Assembly: GCA_031282405.1 (NCBI GenBank)
Contig: JAITDU010000016.1
Location: forward strand, 2,587-66,586
Direction of reading: 5' to 3'
Length of the DNA: 64,000 bases
Source of the DNA: Coriobacteriales bacterium
Lineage (GTDB): Bacteria > Actinomycetota > Coriobacteriia > Coriobacteriales > UBA8131
Below are positions 1 through 10,633 of this stretch, one piece after another. Numbering within the stretch: position 1 is the first letter of the stretch; each line of letters begins with the position of its first letter. Position numbers and translations under genes: made by a program. Under the pieces are notes generated by a model that saw only the letters and a list, made by a program, of their open reading frames with translations, made no database searches and was not told the DNA's origin.

Positions 1-222
1 ATCGAATACGCAAGGATGCGCAACTCTATGAACGACGGATACCTGCTTGTCTTTTGCCTTGACAGCCGGGTAGTGACGTACTGCAATGTCTTTGGCGATT
101 TGCTTGATTCTGGCTTTCATACCGGGAAGCGCAGCGTGGAGGACTCTGCCTTGTTGATACGCGACGGGAAGATTGCATTCGATGGCTGGGTGAGGTTCAA
201 TCAGCCCAGTAATAACCGTTAA
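1..222 (+). CDS. 3' end of an unidentified ORF entering from upstream (partial)
   Basis: Frame 1 is open from nt 1 to TAA at 220-222 (...DGKIAFDGWVRFNQPSNNR*). No recognisable motif, so coding status is uncertain. Confidence 0.25.
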   Translation: MEYARMRNSMNDGYLLVFCLDSRVVTYCNVFGDLLDSGFHTGKRSVEDSALLIRDGKIAFDGWVRFNQPSNNR

Positions 223-234
223 TGGAAGAATGGA

Positions 235-1265
235 TTGGTGATTGAAATGAAAAAATTTGCCCAAATTTTACTCGCAGCCCTTTTACTATCTGCATCCCTG
301 CCTCCGCTATCGTGGGCCCAGGAGCAGGCTGAAGAAGAGGCGCCACAAGCACAGCCTGGCATTGTGGCGCTGCTGGAACAGCCGGATGACGTAGCGCCGT
401 TAGAGACTACCCCGTCGTTCGATTGGGCATCCGCCCTTTCTGGCAAGAGTGCAACTGTTGTGCTTGGGATGATAAACCAATACAAAGCAGAAAACTCTAG
501 TGCAAGCGAACAAGACACCGAGGGATACCTGTACTCGTTGATTGAAAGCGATTCCATCCCCTCGCAGGTGTCGCCATTGGCAGACTATATGGACTATCTA
601 CCGACCGACACAAGCAAGCTCAACAGCCAAGAACAGGTAGTCTTTAACAGTGACCCAATAGCTGGCCTGTTATGCTTGGTCGATGCCCAATTTGCGGTTG
701 ATGCGGCAGAAGTGGCATGGAATAATAGTATTGAGGACCGCATCGATAATAATTATGACGCTTTTAGGCACACCCTGTGGAATGCCCTGATGGCCTACCA
801 TGCCGGCAGCAGCTATGCAAGGAGCTTTGCTGACGCGCATGAGTATGGGGCTAGTACCTGGACAGCGGCCGCGCCATAGACATCGACGGTGCCTCGCTGG
901 CAAACTTCGCCCCGGCAACTCTTTACAACCGCCATGACGCGGCAAATCAGCGGTTTGTACTTACCTTTATCGAGTCCACTGGCTACTACACCATACAAAG
1001 CGTCAACTCCGGCCTTGCATTGGATGTTAATGGTGGGTTGTCTACAGACGGCGCTCCTGTCATCCAGTTCACTCCTCATGGCGCCTTCAATCAGCAGTGG
1101 GCAGTAATACCCATATCAAATATTCCGGGCAGGTACTTCATAATCTGTGCAAGGTCAGGGCTTGCAATGGATGTCTACGGAGGCTACTCTGTTAATGGTG
1201 CCGAGATCGTCCAGTGGACACGTCATGGCAGCACCAATCAACAGTGGATATTTAACAGCATCTAG
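235..1265 (+). pseudogene. Secreted protein with C-terminal ricin-B (beta-trefoil) lectin domain, split by an apparent frameshift at about 855-879
   Basis: ORF 235..879 starts with a Sec-type signal peptide (MKKFAQILLAALLLSASLPPLSWAQ), carries DAFRHTLWNA...ADAHEYG motifs and ends at TAG 877-879. A second frame is open 855..1265 and encodes three lectin lobes ending NQRF, NQQW, NQQW (QxW-type). It has no SD or ATG of its own before TTG 1020. Confidence 0.6.
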
Positions 1266-1284
1266 CAGGTAAAGGCACATACAT

Positions 1285-1324
1285 GGCTACGGTATTTCTC
1301 CGGCATCGGCGAAATACCGTAGCC
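1285..1324 (+). terminator. Stem-loop downstream of the lectin ORF (candidate intrinsic terminator)
   Basis: ggctacggtatttc / gaaataccgtagcc form a perfect 14-bp stem with a 12-nt loop, 20 nt after stop 1263-1265. There is no clear U-tract. Confidence 0.45.
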
Positions 1325-1362
1325 GCACGTCTCCGTTAGGGACACGCCCGGCGGCGTGGCGT

Positions 1363-1391
1363 TTGACAGCCTGCGCCCGGACTGTTACTAT
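1363..1391 (+). promoter_or_regulatory. Candidate sigma-70-type promoter of the rpsL operon
   Basis: TTGACA (1363-1368), 17-nt spacer, TACTAT (1386-1391), about 85 nt upstream of the rpsL start. Confidence 0.5.
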
Positions 1392-1473
1392 TCTCGCTTG
1401 CGCTTTTTTAGCTGCTGGGTTTACTGCGCCTTAATGTCAGGCGTCGGGTGCCCGCAAAAGACAAGGAGTTGTT

Positions 1474-1845
1474 TTGCCGACGATCAATCAGTTGGTGCGC
1501 AAGAGCCGCCAAAAGGTAGTGGACAAGAAAAAGACACCCGCGCTTAAGGGCAATCCGCAAAAGCGAGGAGTCTGTACCCGTGTGTATACGACCACGCCCA
1601 AAAAACCCAATTCGGCGTTGCGCAAGGTCTGCCGTGTACGGCTGGTCAACGGCATGGAGGTCTCGGCCTACATACCGGGCATCGGCCACAATCTGCAGGA
1701 GCACTCGATGGTGCTGATTCGCGGTGGCCGTGTCAAAGACCTGCCTGGTGTACGCTATAAAGTCATCCGCGCCGCACTGGACTGTGCCCCGGTGGCCGAC
1801 CGCATGCAGGCGCGCTCGCGTTACGGCACTAAAAAACCCAAGTAG
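1474..1845 (+). CDS. rpsL: 30S ribosomal protein S12
   Basis: [10 protein letters not shown]...[10 protein letters not shown] is a hallmark S12 sequence. TTG start is preceded by AAGGAG. Confidence 0.97.
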   Translation: MPTINQLVRKSRQKVVDKKKTPALKGNPQKRGVCTRVYTTTPKKPNSALRKVCRVRLVNGMEVSAYIPGIGHNLQEHSMVLIRGGRVKDLPGVRYKVIRAALDCAPVADRMQARSRYGTKKPK

Positions 1846-1914
1846 CTCAAGGAAAAAGACGAGAGGTGCCCCACAGCCGGGTGCCTTTTTGATGTTCGGA
1901 GAAAGGAAGCAGAC

Positions 1915-2385
1915 ATGCCACGCAGGGCAGCAGCAGAACGTCGGGAGATAAACCCCGATGCGGTATACAACAACAGACTGGTCACTCAACTGATCAACAA
2001 AGTCCTCTTGGACGGCAAGAAGTCCGTTGCCGAGCAGCTGGTTTATCGTTCCTTTGGCATCGTCGAGCAAAAAAGCGGCCAAGATCCGCTGTCGGTGTTC
2101 AAAAAGGCCATGGATAATGTGCGCCCCACGCTGGAGGTCAAGCCCAAGCGTGTCGGCGGTGCCACTTATCAGGTGCCGATGGAAGTCAACACGCGCCGTG
2201 CCACGACCTTAGCGGTGCGCTGGATAGTAGACTTCTCGCGCAAGCGCAAAGAAAAGACAATGGACGAGCGCCTGGCCGCCGAGATACTGGATGCCTCGAA
2301 TGGCACGGGTGCCTCGGTCAAAAAGCGCGAGGACATATTCAAGATGGCGGAGGCTAATAGGGCCTTCTCACACTACCGTTGGTAA
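1915..2385 (+). CDS. rpsG: 30S ribosomal protein S7
   Basis: [20 protein letters not shown]...[10 protein letters not shown] is typical S7. It follows rpsL. Confidence 0.97.
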   Translation: MPRRAAAERREINPDAVYNNRLVTQLINKVLLDGKKSVAEQLVYRSFGIVEQKSGQDPLSVFKKAMDNVRPTLEVKPKRVGGATYQVPMEVNTRRATTLAVRWIVDFSRKRKEKTMDERLAAEILDASNGTGASVKKREDIFKMAEANRAFSHYRW

Positions 2386-2623
2386 TGAGGCCTCCTGTGG
2401 TTGGCAGCTTCACTTTCAAAACGAACCTGGGCTCAGTCGCGTATGTCAATACGCTCCTTACGCCCAGAACCGCTTTTCAAGCGAATCTGCTCAACCACAG
2501 AAGGCCACCAGCTTCGCTCCAAAACGAACTTAGGCTCAATAGTGTTAAGCAGCAATCAGTATAAGCACGCAGGAATCTAACAGCAGGATATGAGAACAGG
2601 AAAGATAGAGTAGTAGAAGCATT

Positions 2624-4711
2624 ATGGCAAGGACCCCTTTAAAAGATACCCGTAACATCGGCATTATGGCTCACATCGACGCCGGCAAAACGACCACGAC
2701 TGAGCGCATTTTGTACTACACCGGCAAGTCACACAAGATAGGCGAGGTGCATGAAGGCGCTGCTACGATGGACTGGATGGAGCAGGAAAAGGAGCGCGGC
2801 ATTACGATTACCTCGGCTGCGACGACCTGCTACTGGCGCGATGCCCGTATCCAGATCATCGACACTCCCGGCCATGTGGATTTTACGGCCGAGGTCGAGC
2901 GCTCGCTCAGAGTGCTGGACGGCACCGTGGCTGTGTTCTGTGCTGTGGGCGGCGTACAACCCCAGTCAGAGACGGTCTGGCGTCAGGCCCATCGCTACAA
3001 TGTGCCGCGGATGGCCTTCATCAACAAGATGGACCGTACCGGGGCTGATTACCTCGGGGTTATTGCCCAGATGTCCGAGCGTCTTGATGCCCGTCCGGTT
3101 ATTTTACAGTTGCCGATTGGTGCAGAAGATCGATTCAGTGGGCTTATCGACCTTATCACGATGAAAGCGGAGCTGTTCAACGAGGCTGAAAACGGCATGA
3201 TCTACCCTGAGGAAGCAGATATTCCTGCCGAATACGCCCAAGAGGCCGCCGCGTTGCGTGAGCAACTCGTAGAGACTGCAGCGGAATACGATGATGATTT
3301 GATGCTAGCAGTTTTGGAGGGGGAGGACTATAGCAACGAACAGGTGGTAAGCGCGCTGCGCAAGGCCACTATCGACTGTAAAATCACTCCGGTCATCTGC
3401 GGGGCATCGTTTAAGAACAAGGGCATTCAGCAATTGCTCGATGCTATTATCGCGTATCTGCCCTCGCCGTTGGACATCGCTGCCATCCGCGGCATTGAGG
3501 TCAAGACTTCGCGCGAGGTCGAACGTAAGGCCAGCGATCAAGAGCCCTTTGCCGCCCTCGCTTTCAAGGTGATGACCGACCCATATGTAGGCAAACTCAC
3601 CTACTTCAGGGTCTATTCCGGCAAGCTGAATTCTGGCTCCTATGTGCTCAACGCCACCAAAGGCCGCAAGGAGCGTATCGGTCGCCTTTTGGAGATGCAC
3701 TCCAACTCGCGCGAGGATATCGATTCCTGTTCTGCGGGCGATATTGTGGCCGCTGTGGGCCTCAAAGATACCTCTACGGGCGATACGCTTTGTGTGGAGA
3801 ACAGCCCCGTGATACTGGAGTCCATGGAGTTTCCTGACCCAGTCATCGATATCGCTATTGAACCTAAGACCAAGGCCGAACAGGACAAGCTCTCGGTGGC
3901 TTTACAGAAGCTGGCCGAAGAGGACCCCACCTTCAAGGTCGCTACGAACCAGGAGACCGGCCAAACCGTCATTGCGGGTATGGGCGAGCTGCATCTGGAA
4001 ATCATCGTCGATCGCCTGCTGCGTGAGTTTCGTGTGGAGGCCAACGTGGGCAAACCTCAGGTTGCCTATCGCGAGACCGCCGGCAAGCCGGTGCAAGAAG
4101 CCGAAGGCAGGTTCGTACGTCAGACCGGGGGACGTGGCCAGTATGGCCATGTCGTCATCAATCTGACCCCTCTTGAGCCGGGAAGCGGCTATGAGTTCAC
4201 AAACAAAATAGTCGGTGGAATTATCCCCAAAGAGTATATTTCCCCGGTGGATAAGGGCATCCAAGAAGCGCTGGTCAGCGGCGTTGTGGCCGGCTATCCG
4301 GTGGTTGACGTGGGCGTTGAGCTCATCGACGGCTCGTATCACGAGGTAGATTCCTCCGAGGCCGCCTTTAAGATCGCTGGTTCGATGGCGGTCAAAGAGG
4401 CCTTACGAAAAAGCAGCCCGGTGCTGCTTGAGCCTATGATGGCTGTGGAGGTCGAGACTCCCGAGGAGTATATGGGCGATGTCATGGGCAATCTGAGCTC
4501 TCGACGCGGCCAGATACAGGGTATGGACAATCGCGGCAATGCCAAGTTGGTCACGGCGATGGTGCCGCTGTCTGAGATGTTCGGTTATGCCACCGACCTG
4601 CGTTCATCCACGCAGGGTCGTGCGTCATATACAATGCAGTTCAGCTCCTACGAGCCTGTGCCCAAGAGCGTGGCCGAGGAGATAATCAGCAAAGCTGGAG
4701 GTAACGCCTGA
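2624..4711 (+). CDS. fusA: Elongation factor G
   Basis: 695 aa. G1 motif [17 protein letters not shown], and full EF-G domain layout. Confidence 0.97.
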   Translation: MARTPLKDTRNIGIMAHIDAGKTTTTERILYYTGKSHKIGEVHEGAATMDWMEQEKERGITITSAATTCYWRDARIQIIDTPGHVDFTAEVERSLRVLDGTVAVFCAVGGVQPQSETVWRQAHRYNVPRMAFINKMDRTGADYLGVIAQMSERLDARPVILQLPIGAEDRFSGLIDLITMKAELFNEAENGMIYPEEADIPAEYAQEAAALREQLVETAAEYDDDLMLAVLEGEDYSNEQVVSALRKATIDCKITPVICGASFKNKGIQQLLDAIIAYLPSPLDIAAIRGIEVKTSREVERKASDQEPFAALAFKVMTDPYVGKLTYFRVYSGKLNSGSYVLNATKGRKERIGRLLEMHSNSREDIDSCSAGDIVAAVGLKDTSTGDTLCVENSPVILESMEFPDPVIDIAIEPKTKAEQDKLSVALQKLAEEDPTFKVATNQETGQTVIAGMGELHLEIIVDRLLREFRVEANVGKPQVAYRETAGKPVQEAEGRFVRQTGGRGQYGHVVINLTPLEPGSGYEFTNKIVGGIIPKEYISPVDKGIQEALVSGVVAGYPVVDVGVELIDGSYHEVDSSEAAFKIAGSMAVKEALRKSSPVLLEPMMAVEVETPEEYMGDVMGNLSSRRGQIQGMDNRGNAKLVTAMVPLSEMFGYATDLRSSTQGRASYTMQFSSYEPVPKSVAEEIISKAGGNA

Positions 4712-5019
4712 TGGCAAGCCAAAGAATCAGAATCCGCCTTAAAGGCTACGACCACGAGATCGTCGACCAGTCCACAAAGCTCATCGTGGACACCGCGCAA
4801 AAGACCGGTGCCCGTATCTCTGGCCCGGTGCCTTTGCCCACTGAGCGCAACCTCTACTGTGTGGTGCGCTCGCCGCACAAAGACAAGGATTCGCGCGAAC
4901 AGTTTGAGATGCGCACCCATAAACGACTGATCGACATCCTGGAGCCCACGCCCAATACTGTGGATTCTTTGATGCGTTTGGATCTGCCGGCAGGCGTGGA
5001 CATTGAGCTCAAGCTCTAG
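4711..5019 (+). CDS. rpsJ: 30S ribosomal protein S10
   Basis: [21 protein letters not shown]... is S10. Its ATG overlaps the fusA TGA by 1 nt. Confidence 0.97.
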   Translation: MASQRIRIRLKGYDHEIVDQSTKLIVDTAQKTGARISGPVPLPTERNLYCVVRSPHKDKDSREQFEMRTHKRLIDILEPTPNTVDSLMRLDLPAGVDIELKL

Positions 5020-5135
5020 CGATAACGAAGCTTATGCCGGCGCTCTACCACGAAACTATGGCGCAACAGCAAGCTATTACGATATGACAGCAGATACTGC
5101 GATACGACAGCAACAGGACTAACAGGAGACAGGAA

Positions 5136-5756
5136 ATGGCAAATACGATCATCGGACGTAAACTGGGGATGACCCAGGTCTTCAATGACGCGGATCAAAT
5201 CGTGCCGGTTACGGTCATCGAGGCCGGCCCCTGCGTGATAACCCAGATTAAGACCACGGCCAAAGAGGGCTACGACGCTATCCAGATAGGCTATGGCCAG
5301 ATAAAGTCCAAACGCGTCAACAAGCCCACGGCCGGCCACTTTGCCACGTCGGGCGCACATCCCACGAAGTTCGTACGCGAGGTGCGCGTGGACGATACCA
5401 CGGATTACGAATTGGGCCAAGTGCTGACCGTCGAGAGCTTTGGCGATGTGCGTAAAGTTGCTATCAGTGGCATCTCGAAGGGCAAGGGCTTTGCCGGCGC
5501 CATGAAGCGTCATAACTTCAGAGGCGGGCCGGGCGGACATGGTTCACACCTGCATCGTGCTCCCGGTTCTGTGGGCCAGTGTGCTACGCCATCGCGTGTA
5601 TTCAAAGGGCATCGACTGCCCGGCCATATGGGCACCGACAAGGTTACGGTCAAGAACCTGGAAGTGGTCAAGGTCGATACCACGCAAAACCTGCTTTTGG
5701 TCAAAGGCGCTGTGCCGGGTGGCAAGGGCGCTATCGTCAGCGTCAGTGTGGCTTAG
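5136..5756 (+). CDS. rplC: 50S ribosomal protein L3
   Basis: GRKLGMTQVF...FKGHRLPGHMG are L3 motifs. Operon position fits. Confidence 0.96.
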   Translation: MANTIIGRKLGMTQVFNDADQIVPVTVIEAGPCVITQIKTTAKEGYDAIQIGYGQIKSKRVNKPTAGHFATSGAHPTKFVREVRVDDTTDYELGQVLTVESFGDVRKVAISGISKGKGFAGAMKRHNFRGGPGGHGSHLHRAPGSVGQCATPSRVFKGHRLPGHMGTDKVTVKNLEVVKVDTTQNLLLVKGAVPGGKGAIVSVSVA

Positions 5757-5777
5757 GACGCATAGAGGAGTTGAGTC

Positions 5778-6404
5778 ATGGCTACTATTGAGATAAAAGA
5801 CATCAAAGGCGAGGCGGTAGGCAACACTACAGTGGCAGATACCGTCTTTGCTATCGAACCCAATGTTCCTGTGATGCATCAGGTCGTGCGTGCCTATGAG
5901 GCCGCATTGCGTTCTGGTACACACAACACCAAGACCCGTGGTCAGGTCAGGGGTGGCGGTCGCAAGCCTTATCGGCAAAAAGGTACCGGTCGAGCACGTC
6001 AGGGTACGATCCGAGCGCCACAATGGCGTGGCGGTGGTGTGGTCTTTGGCCCACATCCGCGATCCTATGCCTTTAAGGTCAACCGCAAAGAGGTCAAACT
6101 GGCCATGCGCTCGGCTCTCTCGGCCAAACATGGTGCTGGAGCGCTGTATGTGGTAGATGACTTTGATTTTGATAAGCCGTCAACGAAAGCCGCTGCAGCC
6201 GTCCTTAAGGATCTGGGTATCACGGGCAGAGTAACGGTTGTGTTGCCCGACAACAACGTCAGTGCTTTTTTGTCGTTCAGGAATATCCCCCGGGTACACG
6301 TTATTGCCGTGTCAGAATCTACCACGCGCGATTTTCTCGACAACGCTGCCCTGGTCTTTACCAGCGCTTCTCTGAGGCGCATAGAGGAGGTGCTCGATAG
6401 ATGA
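5778..6404 (+). CDS. rplD: 50S ribosomal protein L4
   Basis: RGGGRKPYRQKGTGRARQGTIRAPQWRGGG is an L4 hallmark. Confidence 0.96.
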   Translation: MATIEIKDIKGEAVGNTTVADTVFAIEPNVPVMHQVVRAYEAALRSGTHNTKTRGQVRGGGRKPYRQKGTGRARQGTIRAPQWRGGGVVFGPHPRSYAFKVNRKEVKLAMRSALSAKHGAGALYVVDDFDFDKPSTKAAAAVLKDLGITGRVTVVLPDNNVSAFLSFRNIPRVHVIAVSESTTRDFLDNAALVFTSASLRRIEEVLDR

Positions 6405-6685
6405 AAGACCCACGCCAGGTCATTATCCGCCCGATAATTTCGGAGCGCTCCTATGATCTGATCAACGACAACCGCTACACGTTTGAAGTAGCAAAGTCGT
6501 CCAATAAGGTAGAAATTCGCGACGCTGTGGAGAGTATCTTTGGTGTCAACGTACTCAAGGTTAACACGATGAGCATCAAAGGCAAACCTAAGCGCGTACG
6601 TACCGCAAAGGGTTATAGCAGGTCCTGGAAAAAGGCCATTGTGACCTTGGTCCAGGGCGATACCATCGAGGCATTTGGAGCATAG
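6401..6685 (+). CDS. rplW: 50S ribosomal protein L23
   Basis: 94 aa. VIIRPIISERSYDL...YTFEV is L23-like. Overlaps the rplD stop. Confidence 0.95.
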   Translation: MKDPRQVIIRPIISERSYDLINDNRYTFEVAKSSNKVEIRDAVESIFGVNVLKVNTMSIKGKPKRVRTAKGYSRSWKKAIVTLVQGDTIEAFGA

Positions 6686-6688
6686 GAG

Positions 6689-7519
6689 ATGGCAGTCAAA
6701 CAATACCGACCAACCAGTCCGGGGCGACGCTTTCAGAGTGTTTCGGATTTTGCGGAGATAACCTCGACAACTCCGGAGAAATCCCTGACGAGCCCGCTGC
6801 CCAAAAAAGCCGGACGCAACAACTATGGCCGCATAACCACACGACACCAAGGTGGCGGGCACAAGCGTAAGTATCGGATTATCGATTTCAAGCGCACGAA
6901 AGACGATGTACCGGCTAAGGTGGCCGCCATTGAGTATGATCCCAATCGCTCGTCGCGTATCGCGCTTTTGCACTACCGCGATGGTGCCAAGTCCTATATC
7001 CTCCAGCCCAAAGGCCTCAAAGTCGGCGACATCATAACCTCGGGCGCGGGCAGCGATATCAAACCTGGCTGCGCGTTGATGCTTAAAGACATCCCGGTTG
7101 GTACCCTGATACATGCTGTAGAGTTACAGCCGGGCAAAGGCGCGGCCTTAGCCCGCAGCGCCGGTTCTTCCATCCAGTTGATGGGCAAAGAGGGCAAATA
7201 TGCTATTTTACGACTACCATCGCATGAAATGCGTCGCGTACTCTCGACCTGCCGCGCTACGGTTGGCGAGGTAGGCAACGCCGAACACTCCAACATCAAG
7301 ATAGGCAAAGCCGGGCGCAACCGCTGGCTGGGTGTGCGTCCGTCTGTGCGCGGCACGGTCATGAACCCTGTGGACCATCCGCACGGTGGCGGTGAAGGCA
7401 AAAACAAATCCGCCGGTCGTCACCCCGTAACCCCGTGGGGCGTGCCCACCAAGGGGCATCGCACCCGCAATAAGAAAAAAGCCTCAAGCCGCCTGATCAT
7501 CCGTAGGAGGAAGAAGTAA
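6689..7519 (+). CDS. rplB: 50S ribosomal protein L2
   Basis: [19 protein letters not shown]...[14 protein letters not shown] are L2 hallmarks. Confidence 0.97.
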   Translation: MAVKQYRPTSPGRRFQSVSDFAEITSTTPEKSLTSPLPKKAGRNNYGRITTRHQGGGHKRKYRIIDFKRTKDDVPAKVAAIEYDPNRSSRIALLHYRDGAKSYILQPKGLKVGDIITSGAGSDIKPGCALMLKDIPVGTLIHAVELQPGKGAALARSAGSSIQLMGKEGKYAILRLPSHEMRRVLSTCRATVGEVGNAEHSNIKIGKAGRNRWLGVRPSVRGTVMNPVDHPHGGGEGKNKSAGRHPVTPWGVPTKGHRTRNKKKASSRLIIRRRKK

Positions 7520-7794
7520 TGAGCAGAAGCCTGAAGAAAGGCCCCTATGTGGAGCCTCGGCTCTTGGAGCGCATCAACAAGATGAACTCTGAGGGAGAAA
7601 AGCAGGTCATCAAGACCTGGTCGCGCGCATCTACGATCTTTCCCGAGATGGTAGGTCATACCATTGCCGTGCACGATGGGCGTAAACACGTAGCTGTCTA
7701 CATCACCGAGTCGATGGTAGGCCATAAGTTGGGCGAGTTCGCGGCAACTCGTACGTTCCGCGGCCATGCCGGCGACAAGAAAGGCAAGAAGTAA
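7519..7794 (+). CDS. rpsS: 30S ribosomal protein S19
   Basis: [11 protein letters not shown]...[13 protein letters not shown] is S19. Confidence 0.97.
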   Translation: MSRSLKKGPYVEPRLLERINKMNSEGEKQVIKTWSRASTIFPEMVGHTIAVHDGRKHVAVYITESMVGHKLGEFAATRTFRGHAGDKKGKK

Positions 7795-8132
7795 TGGAAG
7801 CAAAAGCACAGGCTCGTTATGTGCGTGTCTCGCCTCGCAAGGCACGCGTGGTCCTCGATATGATCCGTGGTCAGCAGGTAGTGCGTGCTCGCGAGATCCT
7901 GCAGTTCTCCGACCGAAATGTCTCTGAGGTTATAGAGAAGTGTCTGGACAGCGCCATAGCCAATGCCGAGCACGAAGGTGTTAAAGCCGAAAATCTCATG
8001 GTGCGCACGACCTTTGCCAACGAAGGGCCTTCAATGAAACGCATCCGACCGCGTGCAAAGGGTGTCGCCGCGCGCATCCTTAAGCGCACGAGCCACATCA
8101 CGGTCATTGTTGGCACCAGAGAGGAGGCCTAG
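7794..8132 (+). CDS. rplV: 50S ribosomal protein L22
   Basis: [26 protein letters not shown] is L22. Confidence 0.96.
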   Translation: MEAKAQARYVRVSPRKARVVLDMIRGQQVVRAREILQFSDRNVSEVIEKCLDSAIANAEHEGVKAENLMVRTTFANEGPSMKRIRPRAKGVAARILKRTSHITVIVGTREEA

Positions 8133-8134
8133 CA

Positions 8135-8836
8135 ATGGGGCAGAAAGTCTATCCCACGGGTTTTCGTCTGGGCATTACCGAGAATTGGCGTAGTCGCTGG
8201 TTTGCGAACAAGGGATACTCCGATAACCTGGCAAACGATATCAAACTCCGCGCCTATCTGGACAAACGCCTGGCACGCGCTGCCGTTTCAAAGACCGAAA
8301 TAGAGCGTGCCGGCGATAAGATTAAGATAACGGTGACCACCGCCCGCCCGGGCATCGTCATTGGTAAGAAAGGCGCCGAGATTGACGAGTTGCGCAAGGA
8401 GTTAGACCACATCGCCAACGGCCAGGTATCGGTCGACGTCGTTGAGGTCAAGCGTCCCGAGCTGGATGCTACTTTGATAGCTCAGTCGGTAGCCGAACAG
8501 CTGGAAGGCCGCGTGGCCTTTAGGCGGGCTATGCGCAAGGCGGTGCAAAGCGCTCGCAAGAGTGGAGCTTTGGGCATTCGCATTCAGTGTTCCGGCCGTT
8601 TGGGTGGCGCTGAGATGAGTCGTCGTGAGTGGTACCGCGAAGGCCGCGTTCCGCTCCATACCTTACGTGCCAAAATAGACTACGGATTTGCTACGGCAGC
8701 CACGACAATGGGCTCCATCGGTGTTAAGGTCTGGGTCTACCATGGCGAGAAGCTCCCCGGCCAATCCACGCCGGAGCCGGCTCTGGAAGGCTCGTCACGT
8801 CCGCAGCGTCCGCGCCGTAGCGAAGGGAGAAGATAA
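8135..8836 (+). CDS. rpsC: 30S ribosomal protein S3
   Basis: [14 protein letters not shown]...KH domain [14 protein letters not shown] is S3. Confidence 0.97.
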   Translation: MGQKVYPTGFRLGITENWRSRWFANKGYSDNLANDIKLRAYLDKRLARAAVSKTEIERAGDKIKITVTTARPGIVIGKKGAEIDELRKELDHIANGQVSVDVVEVKRPELDATLIAQSVAEQLEGRVAFRRAMRKAVQSARKSGALGIRIQCSGRLGGAEMSRREWYREGRVPLHTLRAKIDYGFATAATTMGSIGVKVWVYHGEKLPGQSTPEPALEGSSRPQRPRRSEGRR

Positions 8837-9265
8837 ATGCTTATCCCCAAACGTGTCAAGCACCGCAAGGTGCAGCGCGGTTCAATGAAGGGCAAGGCCA
8901 AAGGCGGCACTCAACTCAACTTCGGCGCCTTTGGTATCCAGGCTCTGGAGCCGCATTGGATAACCAACCGACAGATAGAGGCTGCCCGTGTGGCCATGAC
9001 CCGGCATATGAAGCGCGGCGGTCGTGTCTGGATCAACATCTTTCCCGACAAGCCCGTTACCAAAAAACCCGCCGAAACCCGCATGGGTTCCGGCAAGGGC
9101 AACCCTGAGGAATGGGTGGCGGTCGTCAAGCCCGGCCGGGTGATGTTTGAGGTTGCCGACGTTGAGCACGATGTTGCCATTGAGGCTTTGCGTCTGGCCA
9201 TCCAAAAGCTACCCATCAAATGCAAGATAGTGTCCCGTGAGACTTTTGACGGGGAGGAATCATGA
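8837..9265 (+). CDS. rplP: 50S ribosomal protein L16
   Basis: [15 protein letters not shown]...[12 protein letters not shown] is L16. Confidence 0.97.
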   Translation: MLIPKRVKHRKVQRGSMKGKAKGGTQLNFGAFGIQALEPHWITNRQIEAARVAMTRHMKRGGRVWINIFPDKPVTKKPAETRMGSGKGNPEEWVAVVKPGRVMFEVADVEHDVAIEALRLAIQKLPIKCKIVSRETFDGEES

Positions 9266-9471
9266 AAGCCCAGGAGATACGAGAATTATCCAATGACGAT
9301 CTACAGGTACAGCTGAAAGAAGGCCGTGCCGAGTTGTTTAATCTGAGGTTTCAGATGGCTACCAGCCAGCTGGACAACACGGCCCGCATCAAGCAGGTCA
9401 AAAAGGATATCGCCCGCATACTCACCGAGATCCGCAGTCGCGAGCTTAACGTGATTCTGAGTGTCGGTTGA
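9262..9471 (+). CDS. rpmC: 50S ribosomal protein L29
   Basis: 69 aa. [27 protein letters not shown] is L29. Confidence 0.95.
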   Translation: MKAQEIRELSNDDLQVQLKEGRAELFNLRFQMATSQLDNTARIKQVKKDIARILTEIRSRELNVILSVG

Positions 9472-9616
9472 GTAGAGTAGAGCGGCACTACACATAATGC
9501 GAGCGATACATGATTGATAAGAACGATAGAAAACCAAAAGCGTACCATACCGATAAGAGAGCAATAAAAGCGATAAGATAGTAAACTAGTATGAGAATAA
9601 GAGATTAGGAAAGGCA

Positions 9617-9919
9617 ATGGCCAAGCAAACAGAACAGCCCGCTCAGGAAGCACCGGAAGAGCAGACAGGTCGTAACCACCGCAAGGTGCGTCAGGGCGTT
9701 GTGGTCTCGATATCCGGCGATAAGACCTGTGTTGTGCAGATCAAGGTGCGCAAGCCACATCCGGTTTACGGCAAGATGATGACACGCAGCAGCAAATGTC
9801 ACGCGCATGATGCCACAAACCAGGCCGGACTGGGCGATGTTGTGCAGATAATGGAGACTCGCCCCCTGTCTAAACTCAAACGGTGGCGTTTGTTGGAAAT
9901 CGTCGAGAAAGCCAAGTAG
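9617..9919 (+). CDS. rpsQ: 30S ribosomal protein S17
   Basis: [31 protein letters not shown] is the S17 core, with an acidic N-terminal extension of about 20 aa. Confidence 0.94.
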   Translation: MAKQTEQPAQEAPEEQTGRNHRKVRQGVVVSISGDKTCVVQIKVRKPHPVYGKMMTRSSKCHAHDATNQAGLGDVVQIMETRPLSKLKRWRLLEIVEKAK

Positions 9920-9930
9920 GAGGCAGAGAT

Positions 9931-10299
9931 ATGATCCAAGTGGAATCGATGATGATCGTGGCCGACAACTCTGGTGCTCGCAAGGTTCAGTGCATCAAGG
10001 TACTGGGCGGCTCCAAGCGCCGTTATGCCAGTGTGGGCGATGAGATTGTCTGCGCCGTCAAAGAGGCCACTCCCGGTGGCAATGTCAAAAAAGGCGAGGT
10101 TGTACGCTGTGTGGTCGTAAGAGTCAAAAAGGAACTGCGCCGCAAAGATGGCAGTTACATCAAATTTGACCAAAACGCCGCGGTAGTCATAGACGACAAT
10201 GGCGCTCCGCGCGGCACTCGTATCTTTGGCCCGGTGGCTAGAGAACTGCGTGACAAGCGTTATATGAAGATAGTCTCACTAGCCCCAGAGACGCTATAA
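9931..10299 (+). CDS. rplN: 50S ribosomal protein L14
   Basis: [18 protein letters not shown]... (122 aa), preceded by AGGAGG. The ORF-track start at 9883 is an upstream in-frame artefact. Confidence 0.96.
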   Translation: MIQVESMMIVADNSGARKVQCIKVLGGSKRRYASVGDEIVCAVKEATPGGNVKKGEVVRCVVVRVKKELRRKDGSYIKFDQNAAVVIDDNGAPRGTRIFGPVARELRDKRYMKIVSLAPETL

Positions 10300-10311
10300 G
10301 GAGTTCAGGCA

Positions 10312-10632
10312 ATGACGAACAAGATGCGCATAAAGAAAGGCGACAAGGTCCAGGTCATCAGTGGCAAGGACAAAGGCGCTACCAGCGTGGTGATGCGAGC
10401 TATCCCCGAAAATCGCAAGCTGGTCGTGGAAAAGGTGGCGGTCGCCAAAAAGGCTCAACGTCCCACGCGCCAAAACCCCCAAGGTGGCATCATGAGCATC
10501 GAGATGCCGATTCATGTTTCAAGCGTGATGCTGGTTTGTCCCAAATGTAACCAGGCCACCAGGGTCAAAATGAATGTGACCAACAACAAGAAGGTCCGTG
10601 TCTGCAAAAAATGCGGAAAGGACATCGATTAG
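10312..10632 (+). CDS. rplX: 50S ribosomal protein L24 (with C-terminal CxxC...CxxC)
   Basis: KOW motif [16 protein letters not shown], then CPKC...CKKC near the C-terminus. Confidence 0.95.
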   Translation: MTNKMRIKKGDKVQVISGKDKGATSVVMRAIPENRKLVVEKVAVAKKAQRPTRQNPQGGIMSIEMPIHVSSVMLVCPKCNQATRVKMNVTNNKKVRVCKKCGKDID

Positions 10633-10633
10633 C

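Noticed and set aside
6065-7114. 349-aa ORF on the minus strand across rplD-rplW-rplB. Similar long antisense ORFs occur at 1408..2082, 14089..14895, 20221..21333, 24668..25708, 56817..57872 and 44896..45447.
   Set aside because: Each lies entirely antisense to, or out of frame with, a gene that has unmistakable family motifs. They have no recognisable motifs or SD sequences. Long shadow ORFs are expected in GC-rich coding DNA.
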